Of a DNA stretch of 64,000 nt, positions 48,202 through 60,576 are shown piece after piece. Made by a program: the position numbers and the translations under genes. The DNA is from Bacteroidales bacterium (GTDB taxonomy: Bacteria; Bacteroidota; Bacteroidia; Bacteroidales; ML635J-15). The first letter of the stretch is position 1, and each line of letters opens with the position of its first letter. Under the pieces are notes generated by a model. It was not told the origin of the DNA and searched no databases. It saw only the letters and a list, made by a program, of their open reading frames with translations. The stretch spans positions 2,045 to 66,044 of the forward strand of contig JAFGVU010000045.1 in NCBI GenBank assembly GCA_016937855.1, written 5' to 3'.

Positions 48202-49920
48202 CTAATCATCATGACTGCTAATCATTTCTTCTTTCTGAAATTTTAGTGCCTCTGCAACATTTAGCAAATGATCGCCTATTGTTTCACAAATCGTAATAAT
48301 ATCAATATAAATAACGCTTGAGTTATAGGTATATTTATTTTCTTGAAGATTTTTGCTATTTTGTTTTTTAAGCTCTGTTCTTAATTCATTTATTCGATTT
48401 TCAACAACGAGAACTTCAGTAAGATCAATTTTCTCGGAATTTATATTCGACAGAAATGACATTGATAACTCAAAATTCTTTTCCAGTAATTCAAACAGTT
48501 CCAAAACATCTGACCTCTGCTCAGGAGTAAACCAAATTTTCTTTTTGTGCTTTCTTATTATTGCTCTTGAAAGGTTAAAACTACCGTCTGCTAAAGACTC
48601 TATATTGTCACTAATTTTTAATAAGGTTCTAATTCTTCTTGCACCACTAATACTGAGTTCTCCCTCCGAAACACTGGTAAGGTAGTTTGCAATTTCGGCT
48701 TCAAGGTCATCCATTATTAGCTCATTTTTTGCAATTTTATCGCTTAGTTTTTTAAATTTTTTCTCATCATTTTCTGCAAACAATTTTCTCACCTGATCAA
48801 ACATTTTTTGAGCTTTTATTCCATATTCGGCAATTTCTTTTCTTGCTTGTAAAATAGAAAGTTCGGACGTTGAAAGCATTCCAGTTTGAATAAACTTTAA
48901 CCCAAATTCTTCTTCTTCGTCTTTTTTCCCTTTTACGATTTTGGTAACAACTTTCTCGATAAATTTGACAAACCAAATTTGGATTAACACGTTTGTTATA
49001 TTAAAAGTAGTGTGAAATAAAGAAAGGGCGATAGGAATTGCAGCCACGGCAACAAAAGGAGATTCCCCTTCAATATTTTCGGTAATTCCGGCAATAAGAT
49101 TAATAATTGGTCGATATAAGATTAAAACCCAAATAACCCCAAAAACATTAAACATCAAGTGCGCTAAAGCTGCACGCTTAGCCGATCGGTTTGCTATTAA
49201 TGCTGCCAAATTTGCTGTTATTGTTGTACCTATATTCTCTCCGAGTATCATCGCTGCTGCCATATCGAAAGATATCCAACCATTATGACACATCACGAGT
49301 GTTAGAGCCATAGTTGCACTTGATGATTGAATAATAATTGTCAACAATGTTCCAATAGCCAAGAAAATTAAAACACTCCCAAATCCTAGGTTTGTATAAG
49401 ATTGTAAAAAAGTTAATATTTCTGGATTGCTACTAATATCAGGTACGCTGTCTTTTAGTAAATCGAGTCCCATAAAAAGCAAGGCAAAACCCATTAATGC
49501 CTCTCCCCATGATTTCCGCATGCTGTTTTTCGAAAAAATCAAAGGAAATCCTATTCCTATTAGAGGTAAAGCTAAAGCAGATATTTTAACTTTAAATCCG
49601 ATTAATGAAATAATCCATGCAGTAATTGTGGTTCCAATATTCGCCCCCATTATTACTCCGATAGATTCGGCTAATGAAAGTAGTCCGGCATTAACAAAAC
49701 TAACAACCATAACAGTTGTTGCCGAAGACGACTGAATTACTGCTGTAATAAGTAGTCCTGTTAATACTCCAAAAACGCGATTTGAAGTCATTGCAGCAAG
49801 GATTTTTCTTAGTTTATTGCCTGCCACCTTCTGCAACGCTTCACTCATAAGTTTCATTCCGAAGAGGAATAACACCAAGGCTCCAATCAGTGTTAGTAAA
49901 TCTAAAATTCCGTATTCCAT
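48202..49920 (-). CDS. Na/Pi cotransporter with PhoU-like C-terminal domain
   Basis: Two QSSSAT repeats with GANIGTT / GENIGTT. Confidence 0.93.
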   Translation of the reverse strand: MEYGILDLLTLIGALVLFLFGMKLMSEALQKVAGNKLRKILAAMTSNRVFGVLTGLLITAVIQSSSATTVMVVSFVNAGLLSLAESIGVIMGANIGTTITAWIISLIGFKVKISALALPLIGIGFPLIFSKNSMRKSWGEALMGFALLFMGLDLLKDSVPDISSNPEILTFLQSYTNLGFGSVLIFLAIGTLLTIIIQSSSATMALTLVMCHNGWISFDMAAAMILGENIGTTITANLAALIANRSAKRAALAHLMFNVFGVIWVLILYRPIINLIAGITENIEGESPFVAVAAIPIALSLFHTTFNITNVLIQIWFVKFIEKVVTKIVKGKKDEEEEFGLKFIQTGMLSTSELSILQARKEIAEYGIKAQKMFDQVRKLFAENDEKKFKKLSDKIAKNELIMDDLEAEIANYLTSVSEGELSISGARRIRTLLKISDNIESLADGSFNLSRAIIRKHKKKIWFTPEQRSDVLELFELLEKNFELSMSFLSNINSEKIDLTEVLVVENRINELRTELKKQNSKNLQENKYTYNSSVIYIDIITICETIGDHLLNVAEALKFQKEEMISSHDD

Positions 49921-50066
49921 ATAAATTTTAATTAAGAATGCAATATTAATACTAAGATGATTAACAAATTTATTTTTAATGTTAAGTTATTGTAAACAAA
50001 TTTAAGTTTACATTTTATTGCATTATCATTGTATTAATCTTATTTTTGCAGCCTGAAATTATTAAT

Positions 50067-52469
50067 ATGTGGCATAAAGTAGCAGGAATTATTTTACGAA
50101 ACAGGATTACACTCTTAATTATTATGGGTGTAATAACCGCATTTATGACATGGCAGGCAACAAGAATTGAGATGGATTACCACTATGCCAATATGTTGTC
50201 GGAGAATGATCCGGTTTACCTAGATAAGATAAAATTTCATGAAATTTTTGGTGACGAAGCTAACGGTATTGTTGTCGGATTTGCAAATAAAGAACTTTTC
50301 GAATACGATAATTTTATTGCATATCAGAAACTCTGCGATGATTTATTGGAAATTGAAAATATTGCCTCAGTCCTAACCATTTCACAGGCAGTTAATGCTC
50401 GCCAGGTTACGGTAACAGACGAAAATGGGGGAAAATCCCGTCAGTTTGAGTTTTATCCAATTTTCCCCGAAAAGATTAATTCTCAAGCAGAACTTGACAG
50501 CATAAAAGATGTATTTTTCTCGCTCCCGTTTTATCAAGGAATGCTATATAATATAGATCGTGATGTTTTTTTAATGAGCATTTCCTTAAACAAAGAAATA
50601 CTAAACAGTAAAGCAAGAATTCCGGTTGTACTAGAAGTTGAGAAAGTTCTCAAAGAGTATGCAGCCAACGAAAATGTAGATATTCATATTTCAGGACTAC
50701 CATTTATCAGAACCAAAATGATGGATTTGATCAAAACAGAAATTATAATTTTTATTATTTTAGCTGTTCTGATTGTGATAATCATTCTTTATCTCTTTTT
50801 TCGCTCGTTTAAGGTAATTGGAGTTGCAATGATAGTTGTTGGAGTTAGTGTTTTATGGGCACTTGGACTAATGGGCTTATTCGGGTTTAAGATAACTGTT
50901 TTAACTGGTATGATTCCACCACTAATTATTGTAATAGGAATCCCCAACACGATATTTTTATTAAACAAGTACCACACGGAAACGGTAGCTCATGGAAACA
51001 AAATCTTAGCGTTACAAAGAGTAATATCAAAAATTGGAAGCGCTGTATTTCTCAGTAATCTAACTACTGCAGCAGGTTTTGCAACATTTACAATAACCAA
51101 CTCTTCGCTATTGGTGCAATTTGGTATTGTTGCCTCCTTCGGAATTCTTTTTGCCTTTATTTCGGCACTTATAATAATTCCGTCTGTATTTAGTTTCATG
51201 CAACCACCATCTAACAAATACACTAAACATTTAAAAAGCAAATTCATTACAAAAGTCGTTGATATTCTTAGTAGAATTGTAACAAAACACAGACCCAAAG
51301 TGTACATTACTGTTGGAGTTGTAATTATGATTGCTGTTTATGGAGTAACTCTAGTTGAGCGGACAGGCTATCTTCTTGATGATGTTCCTGAAAGTGATGC
51401 TTTAAAAATTGACATGAAATTTCTAGAAAAGCATTTTAACGGAGTTAGTCCACTAGAAATTGCTGTTGAAGCCAAAGATTCTTTACAAGGCACTGAGATG
51501 GTTTCTCAAATTCAAAAAATTGATTCACTGCAACAAAAATTATCGGCTTACAGCGAACTTTCTAGATCCTTATCTGTTGCCGACGCAGTAAAATTTCTTT
51601 ACCAAGCATATAGTAAGGGAAAAGTTGAAAACTATTGTTTGCCTCCGAACCCTAAGACATACGAAACCATATTTACTCGCTTACCAAAAGGAACAAACCA
51701 AAATATTACAAAATCTTTTATCGACAGCACTTATACAATAACAAGAATAAGTTTAAATATTGCCGACATCGGAACAAACAACATGAAAGTTTTGCTTCCG
51801 AAAATTAAAAAAGACATATACGACATATTTCCTCAAGACAAGTACAACATAATGATTACAGGATCGACAGTTGTTTACTTTACAGGCACAACATATTTGA
51901 TAAATAATCTTTTTATCAGTTTATCTCTTGCATTGATAATTATTACACTGCTAATGTTTGGGTTGCTCAGATCGCCGAAGATGGTTTTAATTGCATTAGT
52001 TCCAAACATTATCCCTATGCTTGTTACCGCTGCTCTGATGGGATATTTCGGGATTCCGATTAAACCTTCAACGATACTTGTTTTTGGAATAGCATTGGGT
52101 ATATCAGTTGACGGAACCATCCATTATCTTACAAAATACCGACAAGAGCTCTCGAATAACAATTGGGAAATGGGTCCATCGATAAAAAAAGCTCTAAAAG
52201 AAACCGGAACAAGTATGATGTACACATCAGCTATTCTGTTTTTTGGATTCTTAATTTTTACCGCTTCGAGTTTTGGAGGAACAAAAGCATTAGGTCTTTT
52301 AATTTCCATGACTTTGTTGATTGCTATGATTTGTAATCTTATTGTTTTACCATCGATGCTGCTTTCATTAGAAAAACATTTAAATAAAAAAGTGTTTAAA
52401 GAACCATTGCTGCAGATTTACGATGAAGAAGACGAACTTGACCTTGATGAACTAAAAATAGAGAACTAA
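50067..52469 (+). CDS. MMPL/RND family transporter
   Basis: Two TM bundles with periplasmic loops, GISVDGTIH. ATG 50067 follows TATTTTTG at 50041-50048. Confidence 0.88.
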   Translation: MWHKVAGIILRNRITLLIIMGVITAFMTWQATRIEMDYHYANMLSENDPVYLDKIKFHEIFGDEANGIVVGFANKELFEYDNFIAYQKLCDDLLEIENIASVLTISQAVNARQVTVTDENGGKSRQFEFYPIFPEKINSQAELDSIKDVFFSLPFYQGMLYNIDRDVFLMSISLNKEILNSKARIPVVLEVEKVLKEYAANENVDIHISGLPFIRTKMMDLIKTEIIIFIILAVLIVIIILYLFFRSFKVIGVAMIVVGVSVLWALGLMGLFGFKITVLTGMIPPLIIVIGIPNTIFLLNKYHTETVAHGNKILALQRVISKIGSAVFLSNLTTAAGFATFTITNSSLLVQFGIVASFGILFAFISALIIIPSVFSFMQPPSNKYTKHLKSKFITKVVDILSRIVTKHRPKVYITVGVVIMIAVYGVTLVERTGYLLDDVPESDALKIDMKFLEKHFNGVSPLEIAVEAKDSLQGTEMVSQIQKIDSLQQKLSAYSELSRSLSVADAVKFLYQAYSKGKVENYCLPPNPKTYETIFTRLPKGTNQNITKSFIDSTYTITRISLNIADIGTNNMKVLLPKIKKDIYDIFPQDKYNIMITGSTVVYFTGTTYLINNLFISLSLALIIITLLMFGLLRSPKMVLIALVPNIIPMLVTAALMGYFGIPIKPSTILVFGIALGISVDGTIHYLTKYRQELSNNNWEMGPSIKKALKETGTSMMYTSAILFFGFLIFTASSFGGTKALGLLISMTLLIAMICNLIVLPSMLLSLEKHLNKKVFKEPLLQIYDEEDELDLDELKIEN

Positions 52470-52470
52470 T

Positions 52471-53439
52471 ATGAAAACACTAGCTTCGAGACATTCCTTT
52501 AAAAGGAAAATATTGGTCACAGGTGGTGCAGGTTTTATTGCAAGTGCTCTTGCAGAGAAACTGGCTAATGATCCCGACAACCTGGTTATAATAATGGATA
52601 ATCTCTCTACAGGAGCTTACGGGAAAATCCCACAACAAACAGACAATTTACGTTTTGTAAAAGGCGATGTTAATGACTATAAGGAAATACTCGAAGTGAT
52701 GATTTCTTTTCAATTCCACTACGTCTTTCATTACGCGGCAATGGTTGGGGTGCAACGTACACAAGAGCATCCTGTTGGAGTACTTAGAGATATCAGAGGA
52801 ATAGAAAACATCTGTCGTATAAGCAAAAACACAGGAGTTCGCAGAATCTTCTTTGCCTCTTCCTCCGAAGTTTATGGTGAACCTGTCGAGTTTCCACAAA
52901 ATGCACATACAACACCATTAAATTCAAGACTGCCATACGCAATAGTAAAGAATTTGGGAGAAGCATACCTTCGCTCTTACCACAAAGAATATAATCTTGA
53001 TTTTACAATATTTAGGTTTTTTAACACTTATGGACCAAAGCAAAGTAAAGATTTTGTAATAAGTAAATTTCTTATGGCTGCATTAAAAAACGAAGATATT
53101 ACAATATACGGAGATGGCTCTCAAACCAGAACATTTTGCTATATTGATGATAATATTGAAGCCACAGTAGCAATTGCTTATCGCGATTTATTTATTAACG
53201 ATGTTGTAAATATTGGAAATTCAATTGAAACACCAATTATCGAATTAGCCAAACAAATAATAAAGATTACAGGATCTAATTCGAAAATAATAAACTTACC
53301 TCCTCTTGATGATGGAGATATGACACGTCGCCTGCCAGATAACAAAGAAATGGTAAGTGTTCTCGACCGACCACTAATTAGTCTCGAAAAAGGAATTAAC
53401 TTAATATTGGAAAAAGGTTTGTTTGAAATAAACAAATAG
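52471..53439 (+). CDS. NAD-dependent epimerase/dehydratase
   Basis: TGGAGFI, SSSEVYG, YAIVK, RFFNTYGP. Confidence 0.92.
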   Translation: MKTLASRHSFKRKILVTGGAGFIASALAEKLANDPDNLVIIMDNLSTGAYGKIPQQTDNLRFVKGDVNDYKEILEVMISFQFHYVFHYAAMVGVQRTQEHPVGVLRDIRGIENICRISKNTGVRRIFFASSSEVYGEPVEFPQNAHTTPLNSRLPYAIVKNLGEAYLRSYHKEYNLDFTIFRFFNTYGPKQSKDFVISKFLMAALKNEDITIYGDGSQTRTFCYIDDNIEATVAIAYRDLFINDVVNIGNSIETPIIELAKQIIKITGSNSKIINLPPLDDGDMTRRLPDNKEMVSVLDRPLISLEKGINLILEKGLFEINK

Positions 53440-53445
53440 TATTTA

Positions 53446-54417
53446 ATGCAAGACGCAAAAACTCTATATCAAAGATTTAACAACGACTTGTCTAATTTAG
53501 ACTTTGGTCAAAATCCTCAAAGACTTTACGACCCCGTATATTATTCACTTGGTGTTGGTGGTAAAAGAATCCGACCAATATTGTGTTTAATGGCATGTGA
53601 GTTATTTGGCAGCAATTACGAAGATGGAATAAATGCTGCTATAGGTATAGAAATTTTCCATAATTTTACTCTTTTACACGACGACATGATGGACAAAGCA
53701 GATGTGCGCAGAGGAAAACCTGCTGTTCATGTTAAATGGAATGAAAATATTGCATTATTATCAGGAGATGCAATGTCAGTAATTGCCTATAAATATATAT
53801 GTGAGACAAAATCAAATCTCCGACAAGTTTTAGAGGTTTTTTCCGACACGGCACTTAAAATTTGTGAAGGACAACAATACGACATGGATTTTGAAACAAT
53901 GAGTGAGGTTTCCGAAAAACAATACTTATTAATGATTAATTTAAAAACTGCTGTTTTGTTAGCTGCAAGTTTAAAAATAGGAGCAATAATTGCCGGAGCA
54001 AACGAAAAAGATAAAAAAAATATTTATGAGTTTGGCGAAAATCTTGGCATGGCTTTTCAGCTGCAAGATGATCTTCTTGACACATTTGGCGACCCTGACG
54101 TTTTTGGTAAAAATATTGGCGGAGATATTGTCGCAAACAAAAAAACATACCTTTTAATAAAAGCACTTGAAACTGCTGACACAAAACAAAAAAAAGAATT
54201 AAACAATTGGCTTTCACTCAAAACTTTTGATCCAATCGATAAGGTTCATTCCATTAAATATATTTATCAAAATTTGGGTATTCCAGAATTCTCCGAACAA
54301 CTCATGAATCAATATTTTGACAAGGCTTTTGCGAAATTTGATCAGATAAACGAAAAAATATTTAATAAGAGCATTTTATATAATTATGCACTTTCATTAA
54401 AACAGCGTGATTTTTAG
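53446..54417 (+). CDS. Polyprenyl synthetase (geranyltranstransferase-like)
   Basis: GGKRIRP, LHDDMMD, FQLQDDLLD. Confidence 0.93.
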   Translation: MQDAKTLYQRFNNDLSNLDFGQNPQRLYDPVYYSLGVGGKRIRPILCLMACELFGSNYEDGINAAIGIEIFHNFTLLHDDMMDKADVRRGKPAVHVKWNENIALLSGDAMSVIAYKYICETKSNLRQVLEVFSDTALKICEGQQYDMDFETMSEVSEKQYLLMINLKTAVLLAASLKIGAIIAGANEKDKKNIYEFGENLGMAFQLQDDLLDTFGDPDVFGKNIGGDIVANKKTYLLIKALETADTKQKKELNNWLSLKTFDPIDKVHSIKYIYQNLGIPEFSEQLMNQYFDKAFAKFDQINEKIFNKSILYNYALSLKQRDF

Positions 54418-54560
54418 TATTTGCAAGACCTTTATGATATTTAATCAAACTACATTTGTAATCGATAATATTTTTTTCTTAAAAAAAAATAAGAATATGT
54501 CTATTGTTTTTTTGTTTTGTCAATAAAATTTTTAATTTTGTTTTCACTAATTTTATTTAA

Positions 54561-56075
<1,515 letters not shown>

Positions 56076-56077
56076 TT

Positions 56078-56314
56078 ATGAGAGTAGAAATAATTACACC
56101 CGAAAAAAGCCTTTTTGAAGGAGAATCAACAATGATTCGTGTGCCTGGAACACAAGGCTCTTTTCAGATTTTAAACAATCACGCACCAATTGTTTCGACA
56201 CTTGAAAAAGGCGTTATATCGATAAGAAAACCAGATGACGAAGAAATAATATTTGAAATCAAAAGTGGACTTGTTGAGTGTAAAAATAATAAAATAATTA
56301 TTTTAGTCGAATAA
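56078..56314 (+). CDS. atpC: F1 ATP synthase epsilon subunit (short form)
   Basis: IITPEK, PGTQGSFQILNNHAP; follows atpD. Confidence 0.93.
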   Translation: MRVEIITPEKSLFEGESTMIRVPGTQGSFQILNNHAPIVSTLEKGVISIRKPDDEEIIFEIKSGLVECKNNKIIILVE

Positions 56315-56382
56315 TAGACCTATCTATTAAACCTTTTGCAGACTTTTCGGTCTAAATAGCTTAATCAAAATTTCATAATTTA

Positions 56383-58851
56383 ATGAAACACATTTCTATT
56401 TTATTATTCATATTATTTTGTGGCATTTTTGCTAATGCACAAAACCATTCAGGAAGCGGAAAACCAGGTAGTCAAAACATCGCCGATGGAGTAATCTCCG
56501 GATATGTTTTTGAAAAAGAATCAAAAGCTCCAATTGAGTTTGCCAATATTGTTATCTACAGCAAACGAGACTCAAGTATTGTTACAGGCGGAATCACCGA
56601 TAAAAACGGCTATTTTAAAATAGATAAAGTTAGGTATGGCAAATTTTATGTTGATATTAACTTTATTGGATATGGAAGTCATACCATACCCGAAATAATG
56701 ATTAAGCCCGATAGTAAAACACTAAATCTAGGTAAAATTTATCTCGAAATAAATGCCGAAATGCTTAAAGAAGTGAGTGTAGAGGCAACCGTTAACAATG
56801 TTGATTACAGGTTAGACCGCAAAGTTGTTAATGTTAATCAGGATATTATTTCGGCAGGAGCAACAGCAGTAGAAGTATTAGAAAACGTTCCATCAGTTGA
56901 AACAGACATTGACGGCAATGTTAGTTTGCGTGGAACCGAAAGCTTTTTAGTTTTAGTTGATGGCAGACCAAGTCCAATTCAAGGTAGCGAAGCTTTGCAG
57001 CAAATACCTGCTAACACTATCGAGTCAATCGAAATTATTACTAACCCATCTGCAAAATACGAAGCCGACGGAGTTGGTGGGATAATTAATGTTGTTCTAA
57101 AAAAAGAAAAAAGAAAAGGATACAACGGACAAGTTTCTGCTAACTATGGAACATATAATTCTTATGGAGCAGATGCACTATTCAACTTTAGAACTGAAAA
57201 AATAAATTTCTTTGTTGGTGGAGAATATGGAAATAGAATATTTAGAGGCGATGCGATAAGTAACAGCATCTCTTTCCTAAATGGAGATACTACATTTAAC
57301 CTCAATAAATTCTCCGACTCCTATCGTCTTCGCAAATCAGGAAGCGCAAGACTTGGATTGGATATTTATTTAAACGATAATGAGATACTAACTTTTTCGG
57401 GCAGATATGGACTTAGTGGTTACGGTATGGGCTCCGAGGCCTGGGCAGAAAGTTTTTTCATGCATGGTGATTCGTTGTATAACCCATATTATTATCTCAC
57501 CGAAAACGCAATGCTGGCAAAAAGATCATATTTCTCAGGAGATGTAAACTACATGAAAAACTTTAAAAAAGCCGGTCATGAGTTGCAAATATTTGGAAGC
57601 ATCGCAGGTGACTTTAGCGACGAAGAAGACAAATATGATGAGTTTGAAACAGATATTTTAAGAAATCCAATTGGGGCTTTACTCTCAGAATATAGAACTA
57701 TTGAAACCGGTAACGGAAATACTCTAACAGGAAAGGTAGATTATGTTTTACCACTTTTTACAAAGGCTAAATTTGAAGCCGGATATCAAATTAAATACTC
57801 TACCCAAGATAATGACTACCGTTACCAAACAATAGTATCACAAGAATGGACCGACGACACAACACGTTTAAACCCTTATATTTATTCAAGAAATGTCCAA
57901 TCGGGATATTTAATGTTTTCGAATTATTGGAAAAAACTAGGTTATCAATTTGGTTTACGAACCGAATATACCGATCGGTTATTTCATCAAACCACAAGCG
58001 ACCAAAAGTGGACATATAATAAATTCGATTTTTTCCCATCTGCACACATATCGTATCAATTACCAGCCGACATGCAAGTTTTAGCAAGCTACAGCCGCAG
58101 ATTAGACAGACCAAGAGGCTGGTATTTAGACCCTTTTGTAGAAGTAATTGACCCAAATAATATTCGTCAAGGAAATCCCAATTTATTACCTGAGTACACA
58201 AATTCGTTTGATTTGAGCTTTCAGAAAAAATTTGGGCCAAATTTTATTTCACTTGAAGCATACGCACGTCAAACAACAAATAAAATTGAAAGAATTACAG
58301 AAGTTTACGAACCAAACCCCAGTATTTTTGTAATGACATTTGACAACATTGGCGAAGACATATCAATCGGAAGCGAATTGATGGCAAATCTAAATCTAAC
58401 AAGTTGGTACAACCTCAACATTAGCGGAACAGCCTACTATTACGAAATAATATCCGAAGAATACAACTCTGCAAATACCTTTACATGGCGAACAAGATTA
58501 AACAACACATTCAAATTCAAAAAAACTGGAACAAGTTTACAGGTTGGTGGATTTTATCGAGGCCCTTCAATCTCAGCTCAGACCACAGAAGAGGCAATGT
58601 GGATGGTAAATGTTGGTGTCAGACAAGATTTTCTTGACCGCAAACTTGCAATTAGTGCTAATATCAGAAATGTATTTTTATCTATGAAACATGAGTCTAT
58701 TACCGAAACACCGACCATTTATTCCTACAACCTTAGACAACCAAAATATCCAATGTTTAACATCTCTATTACATACAAAATCAACGATTTTAAGAGAAGA
58801 AACGACAACGGAGATGAGCAAATAATGGAAGGTGCTGATGATGGTATTTAG
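56383..58851 (+). CDS. TonB-dependent receptor-like outer membrane protein
   Basis: Signal peptide, carboxypeptidase-regulatory-like N-terminus, IEIITNPSAKYEA plug, GNPNLLPE barrel motif. Confidence 0.9.
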   Translation: MKHISILLFILFCGIFANAQNHSGSGKPGSQNIADGVISGYVFEKESKAPIEFANIVIYSKRDSSIVTGGITDKNGYFKIDKVRYGKFYVDINFIGYGSHTIPEIMIKPDSKTLNLGKIYLEINAEMLKEVSVEATVNNVDYRLDRKVVNVNQDIISAGATAVEVLENVPSVETDIDGNVSLRGTESFLVLVDGRPSPIQGSEALQQIPANTIESIEIITNPSAKYEADGVGGIINVVLKKEKRKGYNGQVSANYGTYNSYGADALFNFRTEKINFFVGGEYGNRIFRGDAISNSISFLNGDTTFNLNKFSDSYRLRKSGSARLGLDIYLNDNEILTFSGRYGLSGYGMGSEAWAESFFMHGDSLYNPYYYLTENAMLAKRSYFSGDVNYMKNFKKAGHELQIFGSIAGDFSDEEDKYDEFETDILRNPIGALLSEYRTIETGNGNTLTGKVDYVLPLFTKAKFEAGYQIKYSTQDNDYRYQTIVSQEWTDDTTRLNPYIYSRNVQSGYLMFSNYWKKLGYQFGLRTEYTDRLFHQTTSDQKWTYNKFDFFPSAHISYQLPADMQVLASYSRRLDRPRGWYLDPFVEVIDPNNIRQGNPNLLPEYTNSFDLSFQKKFGPNFISLEAYARQTTNKIERITEVYEPNPSIFVMTFDNIGEDISIGSELMANLNLTSWYNLNISGTAYYYEIISEEYNSANTFTWRTRLNNTFKFKKTGTSLQVGGFYRGPSISAQTTEEAMWMVNVGVRQDFLDRKLAISANIRNVFLSMKHESITETPTIYSYNLRQPKYPMFNISITYKINDFKRRNDNGDEQIMEGADDGI

Positions 58852-58889
58852 AAATTATTAATTTGCAATCAAAATATTTCGATTATTTT

Positions 58890-58920
58890 TTTGGTAATTA
58901 AATAATGATGTTTATCTTTG
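58890..58920 (+). promoter_or_regulatory. Primary-sigma promoter of L31
   Basis: TTTG (58890-58893) and TATCTTTG (58913-58920). Confidence 0.7.
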
Positions 58921-58957
58921 CAGCCCAAATGTAGAAAAGTTTTAAAAATTTAATAAG

Positions 58958-59230
58958 ATGAAAAAAGGCATACATCCTGAAAAGTATAGATTAGTGGCAT
59001 TTAAAGACATGTCTAACGAAAATGTTTTTATCACAAAATCAACAGCTAATACTAAAGAGACTATCGAAATTGACGGAGTAGAGTACCCTCTATACAAACT
59101 CGAGATTTCTAACACATCTCACCCTTTTTATACAGGTAAAATCAAACTTGTTGATACAGCAGGTAGAGTTGATAAATTCCGTAATCGTTATCAAAAACAC
59201 CTTGATCAAAGAAAAGAAGGCAAAAACTAA
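58958..59230 (+). CDS. rpmE: 50S ribosomal protein L31 type B
   Basis: [23 protein letters not shown]; no zinc cysteines. Confidence 0.97.
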   Translation: MKKGIHPEKYRLVAFKDMSNENVFITKSTANTKETIEIDGVEYPLYKLEISNTSHPFYTGKIKLVDTAGRVDKFRNRYQKHLDQRKEGKN

Positions 59231-59251
59231 ATTTCATAATAATATATTAAA

Positions 59252-59278
59252 GAAGCTCCTGCAAACGGAGCTTTTTTT
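59252..59278 (+). terminator. Terminator after rpmE
   Basis: AAGCTCC-TGCAAAC-GGAGCTT followed by a T-tract. Confidence 0.8.
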
Positions 59279-59309
59279 GTATCTTTGAAACTGTCAAAAA
59301 AATTTAACT

Positions 59310-60476
59310 ATGAATATTATTTTAACTGATAATGGACTCTACAAAAGGTTTTTGCCCTTAACTTTTACACGTTCTGTTGCCGATTACAGAGCGGGAATTC
59401 TCACAATCCGCGAAAAATGGGAACATCATCTGGGGTATTTGCCAGAGATTATTACCGAAAAATATCTCCAGAATAAATATCCGACAGAAATCAAAGAAAA
59501 TTCAATTATTGTTCTTTCATCAGTTATTCCAAATGAAGATTTTGTTAAATTTTTAAACAATATTGGAGATAATGTTTTAACTAAAGATGGAAAAACCATT
59601 GCATATCGGCTCAAAAAGAATGATATCTCTGATATTCCAGAGAACAACACAGAGTATCCTGATGATTTAATCACTTTAGAGTCGAATACAGATATCTTTA
59701 GTTTAAACGGCAGGTTTATCGAAGATGACTTTGCCTTAATAAGCTCCGGCAGAAACTCCATAAAACTTTCGGAAACGAACACAATTTTTGGAAAACATCC
59801 GGTTTTCGCCGAAGACGGTTGCTTTGTAGAGTGTACAACCATTAACACAAACGATGGACCGGTTTACATTGGTAAAAGCGCAAAAATCATGGAAGGCTCG
59901 CACATTAGAGGCCCTTTTGCAATATGCGAAAACGCTGAGATTAAAATGGGATCAAAAATATATGGCCCAACGACCATTGGTCCTAATTGCAAAGTTGGCG
60001 GCGAAATAAACAATGCGGTTTTCTTTGCAAATTCCAACAAAGCACATGATGGTTTTCTTGGCAATGCAGTTATTGGAGAGTGGTGCAACATTGGTGCTGA
60101 CAGTAATAACTCTAATCTAAAAAACAACTATGCCATTGTTAAACTATGGGATTACGAAACCGGCAGGTTTAAAAACACCGGATTGCAATTTTGCGGACTA
60201 ATTATGGCAGACCATTCGAAATGCGGAATAAATACAATGTTTAACACTGGTACAGTTGTCGGTGTTTCGGCTAATATCTTTGGTAGCGGATTTCCTCGTA
60301 ATTTTGTTCCATCCTTCTCTTGGGGTGGACACGCCGGAATGTCCGAATACAAGCTTAATACAGCTTTTGAAGTAATGGAGAAAGTAATGGCTCGACGAAA
60401 TAAAGAATTAACCGATACAGATAAAGAAATTTTTGAGCATATTTTTAACCAAACATCTACATATAGAAATTTTTAA
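59310..60476 (+). CDS. Putative sugar nucleotidyltransferase / GlmU-family hexapeptide protein
   Basis: LPLTFTR...RAGILTIREKW, hexapeptide repeats, NKAHDGFLG. Confidence 0.88.
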   Translation: MNIILTDNGLYKRFLPLTFTRSVADYRAGILTIREKWEHHLGYLPEIITEKYLQNKYPTEIKENSIIVLSSVIPNEDFVKFLNNIGDNVLTKDGKTIAYRLKKNDISDIPENNTEYPDDLITLESNTDIFSLNGRFIEDDFALISSGRNSIKLSETNTIFGKHPVFAEDGCFVECTTINTNDGPVYIGKSAKIMEGSHIRGPFAICENAEIKMGSKIYGPTTIGPNCKVGGEINNAVFFANSNKAHDGFLGNAVIGEWCNIGADSNNSNLKNNYAIVKLWDYETGRFKNTGLQFCGLIMADHSKCGINTMFNTGTVVGVSANIFGSGFPRNFVPSFSWGGHAGMSEYKLNTAFEVMEKVMARRNKELTDTDKEIFEHIFNQTSTYRNF

Positions 60477-60505
60477 ACATTTAAAGATTTTATATGTTTA
60501 GCAAT

Positions 60506-60520
60506 TGGCACAAGTATTGC
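60506..60520 (+). promoter_or_regulatory. sigma54 (-24/-12) promoter upstream of lon
   Basis: TGGCACAAGTATTGC, near-consensus with exact spacing. Confidence 0.65.
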
Positions 60521-60576
60521 CAATACCTTGTGCACAAATTTTTACAAAGCTTAAATGCCATTTTGACAGTATATTT

